Part shown: in pieces, positions 57,902 through 64,000 of the stretch
Layout: each line of letters begins with the position of its first letter
Position numbering within the stretch: the stretch's first letter is position 1
Assembly (NCBI GenBank): GCA_964005815.1
Contig: CAXFSR010000037.1
Coordinates: forward strand, 1-64,000
Direction: 5' to 3'
From: an uncultured Nitrospinaceae bacterium
Lineage (GTDB): Bacteria; UBA8248
Length of the DNA stretch: 64,000 nt
Notes under the pieces: generated by a model
Seen by the model: the letters and a program-made list of their open reading frames with translations, nothing else
Databases searched by the model: none
What the model was told of the DNA's origin: nothing
Program-made: the position numbers and the translations under genes

Positions 57902-59032
57902 TTGAAAAAAATCTTACTAGTTTTTCTTTTTCTAAATTTCGTTCCCTTTCATACAGTTCTTTCCTTTCAAATAGAACATAAAAAAATATTAGATATTCAG
58001 AAAAGGCGCACAATTTGGGGGGAAAAAATTGAATGGAAAGGTTGCCCTAAAATAATTAGGCCGAGAAAAAATGTGAACGTAACACCTTATTATGGCAACA
58101 AGAAAATTTGGCAAAAAACCGTAAAACCTTATTACCAATATGCAGAAAAAGTATCATTTCTCTCGGATTTATATATTATTAGCAAACCAGAAAACATCAA
58201 AATTGCACAATGTGCTTTAAATTGGCTACATAAATGGGCAAAAAATTTAGCTATGACTGGACAACCAATAGTAGGGAATCAAAGTATCTACGTTCGAAAA
58301 TGGCTTAGCGGTTCAATTGCAATGTCATATTTTAAATTACAAAATTTAAAATTCCTAAATGAAAACAAGAAAAAACGAATTGAGAAATGGATATCTATCT
58401 TGGCTGAATTAATTGCAGATTCTTCTACTGGGTCTTCAAGTGCAAAAAATAATCACGCGTACTGGAATGGCTTTAGTAATATAATTAATGGAATCGTCTT
58501 AAAAAGAAAAGACCTAATTGAAACAGGACTTTCTCAATACGAAATTGCCATCGATGAAATGCTCTCAGAAGGAATTTTACCTTTAGAATTGAATAGAGGA
58601 AAAAATTCACTTCATTACCACAATTTCTCTCTAGAACCTCTTATTTTCACAGCAGAACTTAGTTCAAGAATTGGAATAAATACTTATAAAATAAAATCTA
58701 ATCTGCTGTTCAGTAATAAAACTCTTGATATCCACACGCTTGCAAACCTAATCATTATGTCTATACAAAATCCAAATTATTTCAAACGTTTTACAGAAGA
58801 GAAACTTGCAATAAAAAAGAAAGGAACCGTTTCAAAATATTTTAACGACCCTGATTTGTCATGGATGGAGGCCTATTATGCAAGATTTAGAGATAAAAGA
58901 TTAATTCCTTATTTAAAACATTTAAGAGAATTAAATAATTTCAAAGAATCCAAAAATAAAGGTTTGCGAAACTGGAGAATTGGAGGTAATGCTACTATCC
59001 TTTGGGGGATAAAAAATCTACCTTCTCAATAA
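57902..59032 (+). CDS. Alginate lyase, PL5/AlgL-like
   Basis: Signal peptide; NNHAYW and LPLELNRG...HYHNFSLEPL match AlgL/PL5 catalytic motifs. Confidence 0.85.
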   Translation: MKKILLVFLFLNFVPFHTVLSFQIEHKKILDIQKRRTIWGEKIEWKGCPKIIRPRKNVNVTPYYGNKKIWQKTVKPYYQYAEKVSFLSDLYIISKPENIKIAQCALNWLHKWAKNLAMTGQPIVGNQSIYVRKWLSGSIAMSYFKLQNLKFLNENKKKRIEKWISILAELIADSSTGSSSAKNNHAYWNGFSNIINGIVLKRKDLIETGLSQYEIAIDEMLSEGILPLELNRGKNSLHYHNFSLEPLIFTAELSSRIGINTYKIKSNLLFSNKTLDIHTLANLIIMSIQNPNYFKRFTEEKLAIKKKGTVSKYFNDPDLSWMEAYYARFRDKRLIPYLKHLRELNNFKESKNKGLRNWRIGGNATILWGIKNLPSQ

Positions 59033-59785
59033 AAAAAAATTTTCTCCTTTTCTATGTTCTTCGAATTTGAATTGACTAGTACAAGCAAAAAACTCTCTAG
59101 AACAACCAGGGACAACTCTGTCATGTAATTCGATAATCATTAACCTAACTTTTGGAATCCAATTAATATTCTTAGAAAAAATATCTTTTTCTGCCCCTTC
59201 AACATCTAGTTTTAAAATATCAATCTCGTTAACTGAATAATCACTCATAAATCCTTCTATCGAGATTCCTTCATATAAATCTTCTGTAGGTAGTTGAGAT
59301 TCAGTAAAATTAAAAGCCCACTTTTCCGCACTCGGATTTGATATACGTAAGTCTGTAGAGTGACTCCAAAGAGCCTTTTTTAAAGGAATGATATTCTCAA
59401 AATTTTTAGTATTCTTGGATAATATTTCATAGTTGGAATTTTCTGGTTCTAAAGCAAAAATCTTAGAATCAGGGAAGCGAGCGGCAAAATAAATTGAACT
59501 TAATCCTATATTTGCTCCAGCATCTAAGATAACTTTTGGATTTTCAGGCAATAAATGACTATCGTATTGTTCCTTTAAAAATATTTCATCAAAAACTTTA
59601 AAGTCTGAAGATTTTCCTCTCAGAGTTACTGGACTTCCCTTTAAAAACGAACTTTTGAAAGAAAAACTTTTCCCGAAATACGCTAAAAGCTTGCTAAAAA
59701 AAAATAAAACTATCGATTCTAAAAAATTTGTCTTTAAAAGAAATCTCTTATATTTTTTCAGAGACACTTCCACATATCCTTTCAA
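59018..59785 (-). CDS. FkbM family methyltransferase
   Basis: ILDAGANIG, LEP, ILKLDVEGAE and IELHDR motifs. Confidence 0.92.
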   Translation of the reverse strand: MKGYVEVSLKKYKRFLLKTNFLESIVLFFFSKLLAYFGKSFSFKSSFLKGSPVTLRGKSSDFKVFDEIFLKEQYDSHLLPENPKVILDAGANIGLSSIYFAARFPDSKIFALEPENSNYEILSKNTKNFENIIPLKKALWSHSTDLRISNPSAEKWAFNFTESQLPTEDLYEGISIEGFMSDYSVNEIDILKLDVEGAEKDIFSKNINWIPKVRLMIIELHDRVVPGCSREFFACTSQFKFEEHRKGENFFLLRR

Positions 59786-59802
59786 TAATTTTGAAAAACA
59801 AT

Positions 59803-60801
59803 CTAACTCAACAAAGCAAGTGCCTTTTCAAATCTGATGGCCGAAGTATGATCTTTAAGGACCCTTGCTTTTGCTCTAGAAGCAATTGCTTTTCTCTCTT
59901 CTTCGTTTTCTAAATAAAATCTTATTAATTCTTTCAGTTCTTCTCTATTTTTAAATGTAACTATTTCTTTCCCTGTTTCTAAAACTAGGTCCATATCAGG
60001 CTTATAATTTGACAAAACAAAAACCTCTGCACCTGAATAAATAATTGGTTTGTCATCAGGACATCTAACTGAATTGCCTCCGTTTATTAAATTAATAAAA
60101 ATTTTTGTAGCTTTCGCAATTTTTAATTTCTTCAAACCAAAAACACCATCACTTGACACTACTTTTGAAAGAATCCAAGGATCTTTGGAAGTCTCCCATC
60201 TTGGTCCCCAAATTTGAAAGTCGACATGATCATCAGTAAGGCCAGAAAAGAATTCTTCACGGTAACCATAGTGCCCTCCAATAAAAACGACATCAGAATT
60301 GTAGGGAATCAAATCTTCTTTTGTTAAGGATTGTCCATAAAAAGAGGGATCGTAGGAATGTGGCATAAATACAACATTATTAAATCCAAACAAATTTAAT
60401 TCATCACGAAAATATGTGTCTTTAGTTATGAAAAGATCAAATGCAGCAACTTTTTTGAAATCTATTGGATCTTGCTTGGAGCCATATGGATTATCCCCAT
60501 AAAAACAAATAGTTTTACAATTACTATTTTTTTTTATTTCAAGAATCGTTTCGGGAAAAATATTGCCTGCACGAAAAATGAACAATACATCAAAACTTGA
60601 CGCTTTTTTAACTAGTTGACTGTTCATCCAAGGAATCCAGTTTCTTCTGAAGTTTTTGTACATGAAAGAATGATTCCTATAGAAAAATGGAACCACTTCA
60701 TGGCCTAAAGAACGTATGCTATTAAAATAATCGTAAGATTCAGACGCACCGGGCTCAAAATACTCCTTTGCGGCGCAATATAAAACTTTCATAAAGATCA
60801 A
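59803..60801 (-). CDS. CgeB-like (Glyco_trans_1_2) glycosyltransferase
   Basis: HSYDP, DVVFIG..Y..R, IWGPRW, GKEIVTF...EL and DHT motifs. Confidence 0.8.
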   Translation of the reverse strand: MIFMKVLYCAAKEYFEPGASESYDYFNSIRSLGHEVVPFFYRNHSFMYKNFRRNWIPWMNSQLVKKASSFDVLFIFRAGNIFPETILEIKKNSNCKTICFYGDNPYGSKQDPIDFKKVAAFDLFITKDTYFRDELNLFGFNNVVFMPHSYDPSFYGQSLTKEDLIPYNSDVVFIGGHYGYREEFFSGLTDDHVDFQIWGPRWETSKDPWILSKVVSSDGVFGLKKLKIAKATKIFINLINGGNSVRCPDDKPIIYSGAEVFVLSNYKPDMDLVLETGKEIVTFKNREELKELIRFYLENEEERKAIASRAKARVLKDHTSAIRFEKALALLS

Positions 60802-60884
60802 CGCTCCATAAACATCTTTAATCTAGAAGTTTAAGAAAAATGAATAATTCATGATATCAACGGAAATGATTGGAAACAAGGTTT

Positions 60885-60961
60885 TGGTCGGGGCGATAGG
60901 ATTCGAACCTACGACTTCCTGCTCCCAAAGCAGGCGCGCTACCAGGCTGCGCCACGCCCCG
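60885..60961 (-). tRNA. tRNA-Pro (UGG)
   Basis: Reverse complement CGGGGCGTGGCGCAGCCTGGTAGCGCGCCTGCTTTGGGAGCAGGAAGTCGTAGGTTCGAATCCTATCGCCCCGACCA, 77 nt. Confidence 0.97.
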
Positions 60962-61007
60962 ATTAAAATACATAACTACAAGAACTGCATAGTTACTTAA
61001 GCATGCG

Positions 61008-61036
61008 AGCATACTCACACATAGATCTACAGTCAA
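61008..61036 (-). promoter_or_regulatory. sigma70 promoter of tRNA-Pro
   Basis: TTGACT - 17 nt - TATGCT followed by a GC-rich discriminator CGCATGC. Confidence 0.65.
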
Positions 61037-61117
61037 CAGTACATCTTGTCCATTATATAAAATTTTGCAAAACTATCTAGGTTCGTCAATATTTAAAATT
61101 TAAATTTCGAGGATTTT

Positions 61118-62338
61118 TTGAAAAAGAATACTTATGATATAGCAATCGTTGGTGGAGGAATAATAGGCCTATCCACTGCTCTGCAAATTACAAATACTTA
61201 TCCTGATTTACGACTAATTGTTCTTGAAAAAGAACAGGATTTAGGTTTGCACCAATCTTCAAGAAACAGCGGAGTTATTCACTCAGGAATCTACTACAGA
61301 CCAGATTCTATGAAAGCAAAAACTTGTGTTTCTGGTGCTAGAAAAATGATCGAATTTGCCCAAGAGCACAATATAAATTACGAAATCTGTGGAAAAGTCA
61401 TTGTCGCTACTAATGAAATTCAAATTCCAAGACTCGAAGAACTTTACAAACGAGCAAAAGCCAATGGTGTAAAAGGCATAGAAATGATTGCTAAAGAAGA
61501 ACTTCTCGAAAAGGAGCCACATGCAAAGGGAATTAAAGCATTATGGGTTCCTAGTACCGGAATAATTGATTATCCAGGAGTTCTCAAAGCCTACGCGAAA
61601 CTGTTTCTTGAAAAAGATCAAGAAATCAAATTGAATCAAAATATAAAAAAAATTCAAATCAAAAAGAATCAAATATTTATAAACTCCGACCATGGAGAGT
61701 TCTCTAGTTCTTACTTAATAAACTGTGCTGGTCTTTATGCAGATCGCATCGCTAGTTTAGCAGGTGCAAAACTACCAGTGAAAATCGTCCCCTTTAGAGG
61801 AGAATATTACCAAATAAAACCATCTAGAGAGAATTTAGTGAATGGATTAATCTATCCCGTACCTGATCCTGCCTTTCCATTTCTAGGTGTACATTTTACA
61901 AAAAGAATTGATGGTACTGTCGAAGCAGGTCCAAATGCGGTTTTAGCATTTGCAAGAGAAGGTTATAAAAAAAGTAATTTGAATTTTAAAGACCTCATGG
62001 AAACTATTACTTATGGTGGATTCTTGAAACTCGCTAGAAAATACTGGAAAGTAGGGATGGGTGAAATGTATAGATCACTTAGTAAAAAGGCATTTACTAA
62101 AGCATTACAAGAATTACTCCCAGAAATTCAAGAGGATGATCTAATTGATGGTGGATCGGGCGTAAGAGCACAAGCGATTGATAGAAATGGAAAGCTTATA
62201 GATGATTTCTCTATTATTCACACCGAAAGAGCTCTACATGTCTGTAACGCCCCTTCACCTGGAGCAACATCTTCTATAGCAATAGGAGAAACGATAACAA
62301 GTATGTTAAAAGAGTCCTTTCCAAATTTAAGAAGATAG
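61118..62338 (+). CDS. lhgO: L-2-hydroxyglutarate oxidase
   Basis: GGGIIG, NSGVIHSGIYY, FRGEYY, IYPVPDP.FPFLGVH, GVRAQA and NAPSPGAT motifs. Confidence 0.93.
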   Translation: MKKNTYDIAIVGGGIIGLSTALQITNTYPDLRLIVLEKEQDLGLHQSSRNSGVIHSGIYYRPDSMKAKTCVSGARKMIEFAQEHNINYEICGKVIVATNEIQIPRLEELYKRAKANGVKGIEMIAKEELLEKEPHAKGIKALWVPSTGIIDYPGVLKAYAKLFLEKDQEIKLNQNIKKIQIKKNQIFINSDHGEFSSSYLINCAGLYADRIASLAGAKLPVKIVPFRGEYYQIKPSRENLVNGLIYPVPDPAFPFLGVHFTKRIDGTVEAGPNAVLAFAREGYKKSNLNFKDLMETITYGGFLKLARKYWKVGMGEMYRSLSKKAFTKALQELLPEIQEDDLIDGGSGVRAQAIDRNGKLIDDFSIIHTERALHVCNAPSPGATSSIAIGETITSMLKESFPNLRR

Positions 62339-63301
62339 TAATTGTAAGAGCAACTCTGTGGTTAGATTTCCACCACTAACTATAGAGACCGTTTTTCCTG
62401 GATTTTTTAGTTTATTTGCAAAAAACGCTGCAGTTGAAACTGCTCCTGCTGGCTCGCATAAAATTTTTGAGTTTTTTAACAATTTTGAAAATGAATTAAT
62501 AATATCTTCTTCACTTACAAGAACAATATCATCTACTCTTTCTTTAATATGAACAAATGGAAGATTCCCAGGTTTAGTTGCAGCAAGACCATCAGCAATA
62601 CTTTTCCAATTATCTATATTAACTGGTTTTCCAGCTAATAAAGAGTGATACGCTGCTGCTGCACCATTTGGTTGAACTCCCACCACTTTAATACTTGGAC
62701 GTTGTAACTTAATAGCACTTGCAATACCGGCTATAAGACCTCCCGAACTACATGGTACTAATACAGTCTGAACATCTTCCAGCTCGTCTAAAATTTCCAT
62801 TCCGATACTTCCATGTGCAATAGGAACTCTTCTATCTTCAGTAGTGTCTATAGCAATCATATTTTTTTTTGTCGCAACCTCAAACATTTTATCTTTTCTA
62901 GAAGAATAATGTGTGCCACAAAAAACGATCTCTGCGCCAAGTTTCCTAATAGCATCTACTTTTGATCGACTAGTCTGATCTAAAAGGACTACAACTACCT
63001 TTACACCATAAACAGTAGCTGCTAGAGCGAAAGCTTTTGCAAAATTTCCTGAAGATGTCATTACAATACCTTTCGCTCGTTGTTCAGAATTTAAGGAATC
63101 CATTACATGGAATGCAGCCCGAGGTTTATACGAATTAGTAACTTGCAAGTTCTCTAATTTAAGAAAAAGAGAATTCGAAGTATTTTCTTCAAGTGCATTA
63201 GTAAAAGGAATTAAAGGAGTTTTTCTTATTAAACTGTGAGAATTTAATTGTGCTTGTTTTATTTCTTTTAGAGTAATTAATTCGGCCATTTTCTCTTTCA
63301 A
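62327..63301 (-). CDS. PLP-dependent threonine/serine dehydratase family (catalytic domain only)
   Basis: LKLENLQVTNSYKPR, SSGN, SGGLIAG, IADGL, EPAGA and SGGN motifs. Confidence 0.88.
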   Translation of the reverse strand: MKEKMAELITLKEIKQAQLNSHSLIRKTPLIPFTNALEENTSNSLFLKLENLQVTNSYKPRAAFHVMDSLNSEQRAKGIVMTSSGNFAKAFALAATVYGVKVVVVLLDQTSRSKVDAIRKLGAEIVFCGTHYSSRKDKMFEVATKKNMIAIDTTEDRRVPIAHGSIGMEILDELEDVQTVLVPCSSGGLIAGIASAIKLQRPSIKVVGVQPNGAAAAYHSLLAGKPVNIDNWKSIADGLAATKPGNLPFVHIKERVDDIVLVSEEDIINSFSKLLKNSKILCEPAGAVSTAAFFANKLKNPGKTVSIVSGGNLTTELLLQLLSS

Positions 63302-63349
63302 AGAACTCTAAAAATCAACAATTTAACAAGAAAAAAAGGTGGTAGAAAA

Positions 63350-64000
63350 CTACGCTGCAGCAGAATCGCCAGAAGAACCACTATTTCCATAAATTTTATC
63401 TGAGAGGTGACAAGCAACTGTATGACCAGGGCTCATCTCAAGCATAGGAGGATCCTCTTGCTCACAAATGTCTTCTTTGTATGGACATCTTGTGTGAAAA
63501 CGGCATCCAGAGGGAGGATTCACAGGACTAGGAACATCACCTTTCAAAAGAATACGTTCCGTTTTAACGGTTGGATCTGGTACAGGCACAGCAGATAGAA
63601 GTGCTTCTGTATAAGGATGTTTTGGTGAAGATACAAGTTCGTCTGCTTCTGCAAGCTCAACAATCTTTCCTAGATACATTACAGCTATTCTATCGCTTAC
63701 ATGCTGAACAACAGCAAGATCATGGGCTATCATTACATAAGCAATACCCAAATCCTTTTGTAAGTCTTCTAGCAAGTTAATTACCTGAGCCTGAATAGAA
63801 ACATCCAACGCACTAACTGGTTCATCTCCAATAATTAGTTTTGGGTTTAGAGCTAAAGCTCTCGCGAGTCCAATTCTTTGTCTTTGACCACCTGAAAATT
63901 CATGAGGGTACCTACGAATATGCTCAGGACGCAATCCAACCCTGTGGAGTAATTGTTCAACTTTGTCTTTTCTTTCTTGTCCTTTCGCAACATTATGTAT
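63350..64000 (-). CDS. Oligopeptide/dipeptide ABC ATPase (OppF/DppF), 5' end beyond window
   Basis: [36 protein letters not shown] and GCRFHTRCP; the frame is open to the window edge. Confidence 0.93.
   Translation of the reverse strand: MHNVAKGQERKDKVEQLLHRVGLRPEHIRRYPHEFSGGQRQRIGLARALALNPKLIIGDEPVSALDVSIQAQVINLLEDLQKDLGIAYVMIAHDLAVVQHVSDRIAVMYLGKIVELAEADELVSSPKHPYTEALLSAVPVPDPTVKTERILLKGDVPSPVNPPSGCRFHTRCPYKEDICEQEDPPMLEMSPGHTVACHLSDKIYGNSGSSGDSAAA

Noticed and set aside
1127..63780. Many 60-150 aa ORFs antisense to or overlapping longer genes (e.g. 7698..8156, 17442..17903, 55430..55798)
   Set aside because: They lie inside well-supported genes and have no recognisable motifs; typical shadow ORFs.

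Overview
AT-rich, gene-dense bacterial chromosome segment with short intergenic gaps, frequent TTG starts and overlapping convergent stops. It resembles a streamlined, probably marine heterotroph; the lineage cannot be fixed from sequence alone. Left to right: (1) a Zur-boxed znuA-type zinc-binding protein gene (partial); (2) tauE-like, dehI-like and an AhpD/CMD gene whose CxxC motif is CxxU (in-frame UGA plus SECIS-like hairpin), at the end of a moeA-moeA/PBP-moaA-rph-rdgB run; (3) tatA, a class V aminotransferase, ThDP enzymes, a CoA-transferase/acyl-CoA dehydrogenase/MaoC trio, rpmG-rpmB and further catabolic enzymes; (4) tRNA-Sec, followed by a ~15 kb surface-glycan cluster (two DegT aminotransferases, a radical SAM enzyme with an apparent ATT start, a NifU-like protein, an E1 alpha/beta pair, GmhA, a domain-reversed HldE-like enzyme, ugd); (5) a Kelch lipoprotein and a catabolic block (M24 hydrolase, two atypical acyl-CoA dehydrogenase paralogs, a benzoylformate-decarboxylase-like enzyme, a Liv-type ABC importer, an orphan Mo-hydroxylase large subunit); (6) a PL5 alginate lyase, FkbM and CgeB genes, tRNA-Pro, lhgO, a Thr/Ser dehydratase and a partial oppF-like gene. 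No CRISPR, rRNA, transposase or integrase was seen. The best candidates for undescribed systems are the Sec-AhpD/DehI-like/TauE module and the radical SAM/NifU-like/double-DegT module.
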